DNA from: Putridiphycobacter roseus | GTDB taxonomy: Bacteria; Bacteroidota; Bacteroidia; Flavobacteriales_D; Crocinitomicaceae | Length of the DNA: 64,000 bases | NCBI RefSeq assembly: GCF_003234935.1 | Contig: NZ_QKSB01000007.1 | Location: forward strand, 100,272-164,271 | Direction: 5' to 3' | In this document: positions 39,331 through 49,184 of the stretch, piece after piece | Numbering within the stretch: position 1 is the first letter of the stretch | Layout: the number at the start of each line of letters is the position of its first letter | Notes under the pieces: model-generated | Seen by the model: the letters and a program-made list of their open reading frames with translations, nothing else | Told to the model about the DNA's origin: nothing | Database searches by the model: none | Made by a program: the position numbers and the translations under genes

Positions 39331-39999
39331 ATGAAGATATATTTGTTATTATTTACATGGTTATTTAGCGGTTTAGTGTTTGCACAAATGGACTTGGTAA
39401 AACTAAAAAGCGGTTCTGAAATTAGAGGATTTATTACAGAAAAAACAGAGGAAATAGTGAAGATAAAAACCAAGGATGGTAGCATTTGGGTTTTTAAACA
39501 AAGTGAAGTGTCAGCCATTGAAAGTTTTGTTCCAGCTGTATTCGAAAAGGGTTACTTTGGAACTGTTTCTTTGGGTGTTTTAGGAGGGTCTGATGTTTCA
39601 GCTAATTTTTTAATCTTAAACGGTTACAGGATTAACGCACATTGGTCTGCAGGTTTGGGAATAGGAATTGATCAATTTTACAATAATATGTATTTACCGC
39701 TGTTTGCTGAAGGCAGGTACAATTTGTTGAAAAAAGGAACAACACCTTATGTCAGTTTGGGGTTTGGTTACGACTTACCTTTTCAAATGAGCGAACGGAA
39801 TAAAGGAGGTTTTTTTGGCCAAGGATTGATCGGTTTTCAACATGAATTAGGTAATCACTTCGGTATATTTTCAGGTGTGGGATTCAGGTACGGTCAGCTG
39901 CAAGTAGATGAGTGGAATTGGTGGGGAACAGATGTTACTACAAAAACAATTTATGAGATTAACCGCTTCGATTTGCGTTTTGGCTTTATCTTTAGGTAA
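39331..39999 (+). CDS. hypothetical outer-membrane beta-barrel protein
   Basis: 222 aa; signal MKIYLLLFTWLFSGLVFAQ; Gly/aromatic-rich alternating pattern and C-terminal ...FGFIFR; 4 nt after the preceding gene (operonic). Confidence 0.7.
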   Translation: MKIYLLLFTWLFSGLVFAQMDLVKLKSGSEIRGFITEKTEEIVKIKTKDGSIWVFKQSEVSAIESFVPAVFEKGYFGTVSLGVLGGSDVSANFLILNGYRINAHWSAGLGIGIDQFYNNMYLPLFAEGRYNLLKKGTTPYVSLGFGYDLPFQMSERNKGGFFGQGLIGFQHELGNHFGIFSGVGFRYGQLQVDEWNWWGTDVTTKTIYEINRFDLRFGFIFR

Positions 40000-40112
40000 G
40001 AATAAAATAGGCTATTTCTAAATACATAAAACATACAGACCAAGCGTTAGTAAAGGCATGCTTAAAACACAAAAAGCAAGCGCAGGAAGAGTTATACCGA
40101 AGATTTTCTTAC

Positions 40113-40595
40113 ATGGTAAAGGGAGTCTGTTTAAGGTATAGTCGAGATGTAGCCGAAGCAGATGATTTTTTACAAGATGCCTTTATCAAAACATTTGAAA
40201 AACTCAATCAATATAAAGGAACTGGTGCTTTGGGCGGTTGGGTGAGAAGAATTGCAGTGACTACTGCTTTGGAAAGTTTAAGGAAACAAAAAATAAAAGT
40301 AACAGAATTATCGATTCACATAGAACAGTTAATTCCTGATGAGGAAGCTGATGTTTTATTTCAAAAAATTGATTTAGATGTTTTAGTATCAAAAATTCAA
40401 CGCTTGCCTTTAGGGTATCGCACAGTGTTTAATTTGTATGCAATAGAAGGTTATACACATCAGGAAATTGCAGATGATTTGTCTATCACCGTAGGTACGT
40501 CCAAGTCTCAGTACAGTAGGGCTAGAAAACTGTTGATCCAAATGTTAGAAAGCGAAGAATTGAGGACTCAAAAAATATTGAATTATGTCGAATAA
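40113..40595 (+). CDS. RNA polymerase ECF-type sigma-70 factor (region 2 + region 4); N-terminus apparently lacks a canonical start
   Basis: Region 2 DDFLQDAFIKTF and region 4 GYTHQEIADDLSITVGTSKSQYSRARKLL. In-frame upstream codons (from TAG at 40008-40010) encode ...HTDQALVKACLKHKKQAQEELYRRFSY, which looks like sigma region 1.2/2.1, but contain no ATG/GTG/TTG. Confidence 0.8.
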   Translation: MVKGVCLRYSRDVAEADDFLQDAFIKTFEKLNQYKGTGALGGWVRRIAVTTALESLRKQKIKVTELSIHIEQLIPDEEADVLFQKIDLDVLVSKIQRLPLGYRTVFNLYAIEGYTHQEIADDLSITVGTSKSQYSRARKLLIQMLESEELRTQKILNYVE

Positions 40596-41778
40596 AGGGA
40601 GTTTAAGTAATCGATTTCAAGACTTTGGTGCTGCACCAGATGAAAGCGCATGGACAAATATAAGTGCTGTAATTTCAAAAAAGAAAAAAAAGAAAGCGGT
40701 TATCTGGTGGATAGTTGGTACTTCAGGTGTTGCAGCTTCGTTGATTTTTTCAGTGTTTTTTTTCAGGCCATTTACCAATAACACGCAACCAACGGCTATA
40801 ACCGCAATAATTATCGATTCGTTGGAGCAGGAGGAGTATAATTTATCCAGAAATCTAAAGGAAGTAAAACAAGCAGATTTTATTAAGCCAGTAGAAACAA
40901 CCATAGAAGAGTCATTGACCATGGAGGAGAGAGATAGCGATCAAAAGCATCATTTTAAGAAAGCAAAAAATAGTGTATTTAAAAATAAGAAGCGTCTATA
41001 TACAGGGCGTAAATCGGTCCAAGCGATTGAACCAAATAAAGTAATTCGCCATAATAAAAAAGAATTTATGGAGACCGCTCCGAAATTACAAAGGTTGTTG
41101 GCACAGGAATCAAGCTTGATTAGGGTGGCTGATCCCGCTTTAAAATTATCGAAAATTACGGTACAAAACCGACAATTGTCCCGCTGGAAATTAGGTATTG
41201 AAACTGGTTCAAGTAGATCGTTAAATGAAAATAATTTTTTGGATAATACCATATCTACTACAGATAATAACCAAGGTACACCTTACGAAGCTGTAGTGCC
41301 TGACAACGCAATTTACTTTAGAAAAATTAATCGTCCCATTTCACTTTCCATTGTAGTTAATTTTCAATTGACACCTAAACTATATATCCATGCTAGTCCC
41401 AGTTTTTCTTTATTGAGGGGTATGTCAGACATGCAATTAACATTTGAGCAATCAGGTGATCAGTTTTTAAGTGTAGGTTCAGGTTTAGGAATTGGATATT
41501 ACTTCTTACAAAAAAGACGTTGGGCACTAGATGCGGAATTGGAAACGAATTTTGAGAAAATGTTATTCACCAGTAAGTTTAATGAAGACAAGGTGCCTTT
41601 ACAGTTTATTGGGAGTAAGGTAGCCTTGGGTTTTAGTTATCATTTAAATGAAAAAATAAGTCTAAGAATTGCACCAAATTATAGTTGGGTATATGGCAAG
41701 AGTGAAGACATTGTCCAACGTCAATTTCAAGCCCTAAATCATATTGGATTGGGACTCGCTATTTCAAAACAGTTTTAA
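40585..41778 (+). CDS. membrane protein translationally coupled to the ECF sigma gene (putative anti-sigma factor; C-terminal beta-rich domain)
   Basis: 397 aa; start overlaps sigma stop by 11 nt (ATGTCGAATAA); cytoplasmic N-segment, Lys6 tract, one TM (IWWIVGTSGVAASLIFSVFFF), C-terminal region with porin-like alternating pattern. Confidence 0.6.
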   Translation: MSNKGSLSNRFQDFGAAPDESAWTNISAVISKKKKKKAVIWWIVGTSGVAASLIFSVFFFRPFTNNTQPTAITAIIIDSLEQEEYNLSRNLKEVKQADFIKPVETTIEESLTMEERDSDQKHHFKKAKNSVFKNKKRLYTGRKSVQAIEPNKVIRHNKKEFMETAPKLQRLLAQESSLIRVADPALKLSKITVQNRQLSRWKLGIETGSSRSLNENNFLDNTISTTDNNQGTPYEAVVPDNAIYFRKINRPISLSIVVNFQLTPKLYIHASPSFSLLRGMSDMQLTFEQSGDQFLSVGSGLGIGYYFLQKRRWALDAELETNFEKMLFTSKFNEDKVPLQFIGSKVALGFSYHLNEKISLRIAPNYSWVYGKSEDIVQRQFQALNHIGLGLAISKQF

Positions 41779-41779
41779 A

Positions 41780-43018
41780 TTACTTGGATAAAATTATGCG
41801 TTCAACACAATTTTCACCAAAAGAATAAGGAATGTAAGCTAGGCTCGATATTTTTTTTGTGATGATTAAATTTGCTTTTTTTCCAATAGTAATCGACCCC
41901 ATTTCATCTCCTAATTCCATGGCGTATGCACCATTAATAGTCGTCGAGTTTAGCGCTTCTTCTGGCGTTAACTTCATTTGTATACATGCCAAGGAGTTTA
42001 CAAATTGCATATTACCACTTGGGGTAGAGCCGGGGTTGTAATCGGAGGCTAAAGCGACTGCTATGTTGTTTTTCAACATTTTTTTAACGGGTGAATAGGG
42101 TATGCCTAGAAAGAAGGAACAACTTGGTAAAGCTGTTGCAATAGTATTTGCTTTTGACATGGTTACGGTGTCATTTTCGTCAAACTCTTCTAAGTGATCG
42201 ACCGATACAGCACCGTGTTTTACACCAATTTCAACCCCCCCTAATATGGAAAATTGATTGACGTGAATTTTTGGTTTCAATCCATGCTTAACGCCCGCAG
42301 CTAAAATTTCATCTAACTGTTCGGGAGAGAAATAATTTCTTTCACAGAATACATCAATATAATCGGCTAAATTTTCAGCCTCAATCACCGGTAACATTTC
42401 ATCAATTATTTGACGAATATAACCAGCATTGTTTTCTTTAAATTCAGCAGGAAAAGCATGGGCACCTAAAAAAGTTGCTTTAATGGTTAAATCAGAAGCC
42501 TCTTTTAGTCTTTTAATCACCCTTAAAATTTTCAATTCTGAAGTAACTGTTAAACCGTAGCCACTTTTTATTTCAATGGCACCTGTACCAAAACTTTTTA
42601 CTAATTCTAAACGTTCCATTGCGGATTCAAATAGCTCATCTTCCGAAAGATTTGCCAAATTATTCGCTGAATTTAGTATGCCACCTCCTTTTTCACCAAT
42701 TTCTTCATAAGTCAATCCATTTATTCGGTCTACAAATTCAGTCTCACGATATTTTGCAAATACAATATGAGAATGTGAGTCGCAGTATGCAGGTATTACA
42801 AATTTACCTTCGGCATCAATTATTTCAAGATTTCTCCAATCATTAATACCGGCCATTTCTTCCATTTTCCCATAATAAGCTATTTTCCCATTTTCAATGG
42901 CTAAAAATGCATTCTCGATTTGCTGTAATTCATTTAAATTTGCACCTCTTAAAGCAGCTTGGTTATTTTCTAAAATTCCGGCTAAGCCTTTGATGTTTTT
43001 GATTAAAATATTTTGCAT
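41780..43018 (-). CDS. hutI: imidazolonepropionase
   Basis: 412 aa; amidohydrolase metal-binding region AYCDSHSHIVFA and overall HutI length/layout. Confidence 0.85.
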   Translation of the reverse strand: MQNILIKNIKGLAGILENNQAALRGANLNELQQIENAFLAIENGKIAYYGKMEEMAGINDWRNLEIIDAEGKFVIPAYCDSHSHIVFAKYRETEFVDRINGLTYEEIGEKGGGILNSANNLANLSEDELFESAMERLELVKSFGTGAIEIKSGYGLTVTSELKILRVIKRLKEASDLTIKATFLGAHAFPAEFKENNAGYIRQIIDEMLPVIEAENLADYIDVFCERNYFSPEQLDEILAAGVKHGLKPKIHVNQFSILGGVEIGVKHGAVSVDHLEEFDENDTVTMSKANTIATALPSCSFFLGIPYSPVKKMLKNNIAVALASDYNPGSTPSGNMQFVNSLACIQMKLTPEEALNSTTINGAYAMELGDEMGSITIGKKANLIITKKISSLAYIPYSFGENCVERIILSK

Positions 43019-43135
43019 AATGATTGGGTGTTCTTGCGTTGGCGTAAAGTTAAAAAAACGTTTCGACTTATTAATTTTAAATTTACTAAATCATAACACA
43101 AGTCTAACCTATTAAGGGGTTAAAAGCGACTTACT

Positions 43136-43774
43136 TTGCAAAAAAAAATGGAAATATTTTTGCTTTGTTTTACGGCTATGTTCTCGGTCATTAATCCTTT
43201 AGGTACCGTACCTATTTTTGTGGGCTTGACAATGGATAATACACCAAAAGAAAAAAGTACGATCGCTTTTTATACTGCTTTGTATGTTTTAATCATTTTA
43301 TTCCTGTCTTTTTATTTAGGACAATACATTCTTCTTTTTTTTGGCATTAGTCTAAACGCCCTTAAAATTGCAGGAGGTCTCATTATTGCTTCTTCTGGTT
43401 TTGCTTTGTTAACCGGTACTTTTGCCGAACATAAAGGAATGAAAAAAAGAGAAAAGGATGATGCTTTTAATCGATCCGAAATTGCCTTAACCCCACTGGC
43501 TATACCTATGTTAGCTGGACCCGGAACGATTAGTTTATTGATTTCTTACCAACAAACATTTGTAAAAATACAGGAACAAGTGATTATTATTATTGCAATA
43601 GTGGTGGTTACTGTGGGGATTTATTTTATTCTAAGGTCTTCTAATTTTATCGCTAAAAGCTTGGGGGCTTCAGGCATTAATGCCCTGTCTAGAATTATTG
43701 GATTTATTGTTATTTCTATTGGTGTACAATACATCATAAGTGCGGTGCAAACCATTTTTTCTTTAGAACATTAA
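43136..43774 (+). CDS. MarC-family (UPF0056/NAAT) membrane protein
   Basis: 212 aa; ~6 TM helices; N-terminal FSVINPLGTVPIFVGLT motif typical of MarC family. Confidence 0.8.
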   Translation: MQKKMEIFLLCFTAMFSVINPLGTVPIFVGLTMDNTPKEKSTIAFYTALYVLIILFLSFYLGQYILLFFGISLNALKIAGGLIIASSGFALLTGTFAEHKGMKKREKDDAFNRSEIALTPLAIPMLAGPGTISLLISYQQTFVKIQEQVIIIIAIVVVTVGIYFILRSSNFIAKSLGASGINALSRIIGFIVISIGVQYIISAVQTIFSLEH

Positions 43775-43925
43775 TCCTAATATTGTTTTTAAATCCAATA
43801 GGGGAGACTTAACTTTTATAATTAAGGATAGTACTGCTTGGAGACTACTAGAAAAATAAAAAAAACGGGTTCAAAAAAATAATGAAATGTTTTATCCCCC
43901 TTAAATATTTTTGAGGAGAGAAGTG

Positions 43926-44990
43926 TTATCTTCTATTTTTCTCTGGCTTCTGTTTTTGCGTAACCAAAGGATTTGCTAATAGTTCTTTATTCATTTTTCT
44001 TGTTTTATATACATCACAAGCTAAATAATAAGCATTTCTAAATGAGCTTTCAGATGCAATTCCTTTTCCTGCAATTTCGTATGCCGTTCCGTGGTCTGGC
44101 GAGGTACGTACAATAGGTAAACCAGCGGTAAAGTTGACACCAGTATCAAAAGAGATGGCTTTAAACCCAGTTAAACCTTGGTCGTGGTACATAGACAAAA
44201 TGCCGTCAAAGTTTTTAATGTTTGAGGACCCAAAAAACCCATCCGCAGAATAGGTACCGTAAATTAATTCTCCTTCGTTTTGTAATGTCTTTATTGCAGG
44301 ATGAATGATATTTATTTCTTCATCTCCTAAAGTACCTCTGTCACCAGCATGAGGATTCAAACCTAATACAGCAATTTTTGGACGGGTGATGGAAAAATCT
44401 TTTTTAAGAGTTTTTAAAAATATTCTCAATTTAGCTTCTACCAATTCTTTGGTAATCATTCCGGCGACATCTTTAAGTGGCACGTGGCCGGTAACAACGG
44501 CTACCCTTAAATTGTCGGCCACCATTAACATTAAAACATCTTCTGTGTTAGACATGTGCGCAAGATATTCTGTATGCCCCGGGAATTCAAATCCAGCTTC
44601 TTTGACACAATCTTTATTGATAGGAGCTGTTACTAAAACATCAATCTTATTTTGTTTTAAATCTTCTACTGCTTGTGCTAAAGATAATAAAGCGTATTTT
44701 CCGCCATTTGCATTTTGTACGCCTAGCTCAATTTTAACTTCTTCTTCCCAACAGTTAATTACATTAACTTTTTTTGGTTTTGCTTCAGCAGCAGATTTAA
44801 TCGATAAAAAATTAAATTGCTCATTGTTTATTGCTTTTTTATGGTAGGAAAGCGTTTTACTCGACCCATAAATGATGGGGATACTTGTATTAAAAAGTTT
44901 GGCATCTTCAAAAGTTTTAATGATTACTTCTGCACCAATTCCATTGATGTCACCAATTGTTATACCTACGCGGATTATATGATCATTCAT
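43926..44990 (-). CDS. pdxA: 4-hydroxythreonine-4-phosphate dehydrogenase
   Basis: 354 aa; N-terminal IRVGITIGDINGIGAEVIIK and HTEYLA / GLNPHAGD motifs of PdxA. Confidence 0.9.
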   Translation of the reverse strand: MNDHIIRVGITIGDINGIGAEVIIKTFEDAKLFNTSIPIIYGSSKTLSYHKKAINNEQFNFLSIKSAAEAKPKKVNVINCWEEEVKIELGVQNANGGKYALLSLAQAVEDLKQNKIDVLVTAPINKDCVKEAGFEFPGHTEYLAHMSNTEDVLMLMVADNLRVAVVTGHVPLKDVAGMITKELVEAKLRIFLKTLKKDFSITRPKIAVLGLNPHAGDRGTLGDEEINIIHPAIKTLQNEGELIYGTYSADGFFGSSNIKNFDGILSMYHDQGLTGFKAISFDTGVNFTAGLPIVRTSPDHGTAYEIAGKGIASESSFRNAYYLACDVYKTRKMNKELLANPLVTQKQKPEKNRR

Positions 44991-45256
44991 TCTTTAAATA
45001 TTATAAGCGAAAATAAAGGTTTAAAGTTAAGTATTTTCTTAGGATGGCATAGTTTTGATTAATTTGTTTTTCTTGTGATTTTAATTCCATACTATTTTCG
45101 TATTTTTGTTATTTACTATTTACATAGAATTTAAAATTCTGGTTAATGGGTATTATTTACCATATAAAATAACTTATTATCAAATGGACACTTAATTTAT
45201 CTCCAATTTAAAATATAGAGCTAAATACTTCGTTTGGGATAAAGAACATAAAGCAA

Positions 45257-47866
45257 TTGATTAAAAAACTCGCCATACTTACTTTTTTAATGCTGCATGC
45301 ATTAATGCTGCATGCTACACACAATAGAGCAGGTTCTATTACTTATAAACATATTTCAGGAAACACCTATGAATTTACGATAAAAACCTGTACTAAATCT
45401 AGTAGCGAGGCAGATAGAGATGAGTTGGAAATTAAATGGGGAGATGGGACATTGGATACGATTGCAAGAGTATCGATTATTGCCAGCCCTTTGTATGATG
45501 TGCAAGAAAATGTTTATGTAGGGACACATGATTTTACTGGACCAGGGAGCTATATTATTAGTGTAGAGGACCCAAATAGAAATGCAGGAATTGTGAATAT
45601 TTCTGCTTCTGTAGATCAAAGATTTTGTGTGCAATCGGAATTAATTATTTCTCCTTTTATCGGTACACCTAATAATTCAGTGATTATAGAGGATTGCCCA
45701 TGTCCTGAATTTGCTTGTCAAAACTTAACTTACTGTTATAATCTTTCTGCGTTTGATCCTGATGGAGATAGCTTAGCATACTCTTTAGTACCTTGTAGAG
45801 GAGAAGATTGTTTAGAAATGGCAATTGGTACGATATATAACTATCCAGACGATATAGGTGGTGGAGCTATGAGTATTGATCCCATTAGTGGTACCCTGTG
45901 TTGGGTAAACCCTGTTTTTGTTGGAGAATACAACTTGGCAATCAAAATATCAGAATATAGAAATGGTATTTATATTGGTGCTGTGTTATTAGATATGCAA
46001 TTAACCGTAGATGATTGTAATAACAAGCCACCATTAATTGAGGAAAAACCAGATACTTGTATCTTCGTTGGCGCTGCAACTTCTATCCCTTTTAGTGCAA
46101 ACGATACGGAAGATAATATCAGTTTGTTTGCAACAGGTAATGTATTTAGTTTACCCAATAATCCTGGTATTTTTACCCCGGTTACTGGGTTGATGAATGT
46201 AACTGGTTTTTTTAATTGGACTCCAACTTGTGATCAGGCTCTAACTACAGATTATCAAATTATTATACACGCAGAAGATGATAATGCGGAAGTTAAATTA
46301 TCTGATTTGTTTACGTATAATATCAAAGTGAAATTACCGCCAGTTGAAAATGTTGTGGTAACACCTCTTGGTGGAAGTATGCAATTAAACTGGGATGTGT
46401 ATCATCCGAGTTTATCTTGTGCAGATTTTGAATATAAAATTTATAGAAGGATAGATTCAGTTTACAATTATTCGGAATGTTGCGATCCTATGCTACCCAT
46501 CAATATGGGATTTGTTGAAATTGGCAGGTCGGAGACAAATACATACATAGATAACGATTTACTATCTGTTGGAAATAAGTATTGCTATCTGGTTACCATC
46601 ATCAATGATAAAGGGGTGGAAAGTTGTATTTCGGAAGTAGTTTGTGAGAAATTGAAATTTGAAGTGCCGGCCATAACTAATGTTTCTGTTTTGGTAACGG
46701 ATGTGGTAAATGGCATTGATACTATCTTTTGGTCTTGGCCAAAATTATTAAATCAAGTAAATTTTCCTGGACCTTATTATTATGAATTGTATAGAAATAA
46801 CAATTTTGATATCAATACAAATACATTAATTTATACTACGAGTACCGCTTCGGCAATTGAGTTAGTAGATACATTTTATGTCGATTTAAACCGGAATACA
46901 AATGACCAAGCCTATACTTATCAAGTAAAACTATATAGTAACAGTAGTTTAGTGGGGACTTCTTCTCCAGCAAGTTCCGTTTACTTATCCTCTGTCCCAA
47001 ACGACAATCAGTTAACATTGAACTGGACGGAAAATGTTTCTTGGTATAATGAATATTACAAAGTATATAAAGAAGTACCAACAGGTTCCGGCTCTTTTGT
47101 TTTCATAGATTCTACTTTTGACCAAACTTATACGGATACGGGCTTAGTTAATTTACAAACCTATTGCTATAAAATCTTATCCATTGGATATTATAGTGAA
47201 AATGGCATACGTAGTCCCTTAGAAAATTGGTCGCAAACGCACTGCAATATACCTTTCGATTATACAGCGCCTTGTGCTCCTATTGTAGCTATTGATGGTG
47301 ATTGTGAAAAAGAAGAAACTTACTTGACTTGGACAAATCCAAATAATTCTTGTTCGGATGATGTGGTGAAATATAATATTTACTTCGCTCCTTTTTCGGG
47401 GGATAGTTTAACTTTTTTAACCACTATTAATAATGATTTAGATACATTTTATATCCATAAAGACCGAGGTAGTATTGCCGGTTGTTATTATGTGACTGCA
47501 GTGGATTCACTTCCATACAATAATGAAAGTGTGCCATCTAATATGGTTTGTATGGACAATTGTGATGGGTATTATGCCTTGCCAAACGTATTTACACCGA
47601 ATGGAAATTCAGTCAATGATTTGTATCACCCTCTTTTACCAATTAAATTTGTAGAAAGCATTGATTTGAAAGTGTTTAATCGTTATGGTGATTTGGTGCA
47701 CCAATCTAATGATCCAATGATTAATTGGGATGGTACATACATGTCCTCAGGAACGCCATTGAGTGATGGTGTTTACTTTTATGTTTGTAAAGTAAACGTG
47801 GTGAAGTTGGCTGGTATTACTCCCATTGAACTCAATGGTACCATTACTATTTTTAATTCAAAATAA
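45257..47866 (+). CDS. large secreted protein with T9SS type-B (gliding-motility-associated, CHU_C-like) C-terminal domain
   Basis: 869 aa from a TTG start (no in-frame ATG upstream); signal-like MIKKLAILTFLMLHALMLHA; C-terminus LPNVFTPNGNSVNDLYHP...VFNRYGDLV...GVYFYV matches the type-B sorting-domain pattern. Confidence 0.75.
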   Translation: MIKKLAILTFLMLHALMLHATHNRAGSITYKHISGNTYEFTIKTCTKSSSEADRDELEIKWGDGTLDTIARVSIIASPLYDVQENVYVGTHDFTGPGSYIISVEDPNRNAGIVNISASVDQRFCVQSELIISPFIGTPNNSVIIEDCPCPEFACQNLTYCYNLSAFDPDGDSLAYSLVPCRGEDCLEMAIGTIYNYPDDIGGGAMSIDPISGTLCWVNPVFVGEYNLAIKISEYRNGIYIGAVLLDMQLTVDDCNNKPPLIEEKPDTCIFVGAATSIPFSANDTEDNISLFATGNVFSLPNNPGIFTPVTGLMNVTGFFNWTPTCDQALTTDYQIIIHAEDDNAEVKLSDLFTYNIKVKLPPVENVVVTPLGGSMQLNWDVYHPSLSCADFEYKIYRRIDSVYNYSECCDPMLPINMGFVEIGRSETNTYIDNDLLSVGNKYCYLVTIINDKGVESCISEVVCEKLKFEVPAITNVSVLVTDVVNGIDTIFWSWPKLLNQVNFPGPYYYELYRNNNFDINTNTLIYTTSTASAIELVDTFYVDLNRNTNDQAYTYQVKLYSNSSLVGTSSPASSVYLSSVPNDNQLTLNWTENVSWYNEYYKVYKEVPTGSGSFVFIDSTFDQTYTDTGLVNLQTYCYKILSIGYYSENGIRSPLENWSQTHCNIPFDYTAPCAPIVAIDGDCEKEETYLTWTNPNNSCSDDVVKYNIYFAPFSGDSLTFLTTINNDLDTFYIHKDRGSIAGCYYVTAVDSLPYNNESVPSNMVCMDNCDGYYALPNVFTPNGNSVNDLYHPLLPIKFVESIDLKVFNRYGDLVHQSNDPMINWDGTYMSSGTPLSDGVYFYVCKVNVVKLAGITPIELNGTITIFNSK

Positions 47867-47868
47867 TT

Positions 47869-48450
47869 ATGTTTACAGGTATAATAGAATCTTTAGGTAG
47901 ATTAAAAAAAATGGAAACCGAACAAACCAATGTTCATTTTACATTTGAATCAAGTTTTACGAATGAATTAAAAATTGACCAAAGTTTGGCGCACAATGGT
48001 ACCTGTTTAACAGTGGTTGCTATTCAAGGAGATGAATATGTGGTAACAGCTATTGATGAAACTTTAAAAAGGACTAATCTAGGGGAATTAAAAGTCGGTG
48101 ATGAAGTCAACTTGGAACGTTGTATGCAAATGAATGGGCGACTAGATGGACACATTGTTCAAGGCCATGTAGATGCTGTTGGTGTTTGTAAAGACGTGAT
48201 TACCCATGATGGAAGTACGGAATTTGTTTTTTCGTATGATTATGATGAAGTTACAGTTGCAAAAGGTTCAATCACTGTAAATGGGGTAAGCCTAACCGTA
48301 GTACAATCTGAAAAGAATTTGTTTTCTGTTCATGTCATTCCTTTTACCATTGAGCATACAAATTTTAAAAATATAAATAAAGGTCAGCCAGTAAATTTAG
48401 AATTTGATATTATTGGAAAATATGTGAAAAGAATATTAGATAAGGGGTAA
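47869..48450 (+). CDS. ribE: riboflavin synthase alpha subunit
   Basis: 193 aa; MFTGIIE start and duplicated lumazine-binding halves (HNGTCLTV / GHIVQGHVD). Confidence 0.9.
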   Translation: MFTGIIESLGRLKKMETEQTNVHFTFESSFTNELKIDQSLAHNGTCLTVVAIQGDEYVVTAIDETLKRTNLGELKVGDEVNLERCMQMNGRLDGHIVQGHVDAVGVCKDVITHDGSTEFVFSYDYDEVTVAKGSITVNGVSLTVVQSEKNLFSVHVIPFTIEHTNFKNINKGQPVNLEFDIIGKYVKRILDKG

Positions 48451-48453
48451 ACA

Positions 48454-49173
48454 ATGGAGAAAGATAATCGTATTTTTTGGATTAAAAATGGAGAAATTGC
48501 CCAGGCTGGAGTTACTATCTTAAAAAATATTAATGTAGCATTAAACAAAGGCGAGTTTGTTTATTTAATTGGTCGTACAGGAAGTGGAAAAAGTAGTTTT
48601 TTAAAAACTTTATACGGCGAGTTAACTTTGGCTGCTGGAAGTGGAAATCTAGGAGATTTTAATTTGGCAAAATATACCCGTAAACAAATTCCCTTTTTAA
48701 GAAGAGAATTGGGTATTGTCTTCCAAGATTTTCAATTGTTGAATGACCGTTCTGTGTATAAAAATTTAGAGTTTGTTATGCGGTCTACCGGATGGAAGAA
48801 AAAAGCGGCAATTATAAAAAGAGCAGAAGAAGTAATGCAATTGGTTCAATTAGAGAATAAACTAAACGTAATGCCACACCAACTGTCGGGTGGAGAGCAA
48901 CAAAGGGTCGCTATTGCTAGGGCTTTGTTGAATAATCCTAAATTTATATTGGCAGATGAACCTACGGGGAATTTAGATCCAGAGACTTCTCAAGAAATTA
49001 TGGCCGTTTTAAAAGCCATTGCTAAAGAAGGAACAGCTATATTGATGGCAACGCATGATTTAACTATCATGGAGCAGTTTCCCTCAAAAACTTTTAAAGT
49101 AGCCAATCAAACGGTTACCGAAGTTAGTCCTATCAATGAATTTGATCCATTTAAAACTGTTGAGTTTAATTAA
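48454..49173 (+). CDS. ftsE: cell-division ABC-transporter ATP-binding protein FtsE-like
   Basis: 239 aa; Walker A GRTGSGKSS, signature LSGGEQQRVAIARA, Walker B FILADEPTGNLD. Confidence 0.8.
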   Translation: MEKDNRIFWIKNGEIAQAGVTILKNINVALNKGEFVYLIGRTGSGKSSFLKTLYGELTLAAGSGNLGDFNLAKYTRKQIPFLRRELGIVFQDFQLLNDRSVYKNLEFVMRSTGWKKKAAIIKRAEEVMQLVQLENKLNVMPHQLSGGEQQRVAIARALLNNPKFILADEPTGNLDPETSQEIMAVLKAIAKEGTAILMATHDLTIMEQFPSKTFKVANQTVTEVSPINEFDPFKTVEFN

Positions 49174-49184
49174 ATAAAGACAAA

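Noticed and set aside
43775-43925. 150-nt spacer between MarC-family gene and pdxA examined for a structured ncRNA
   Set aside because: Only short, weak inverted repeats are present, with no convincing terminator or conserved-looking structure. It is probably just a convergent-gene spacer.
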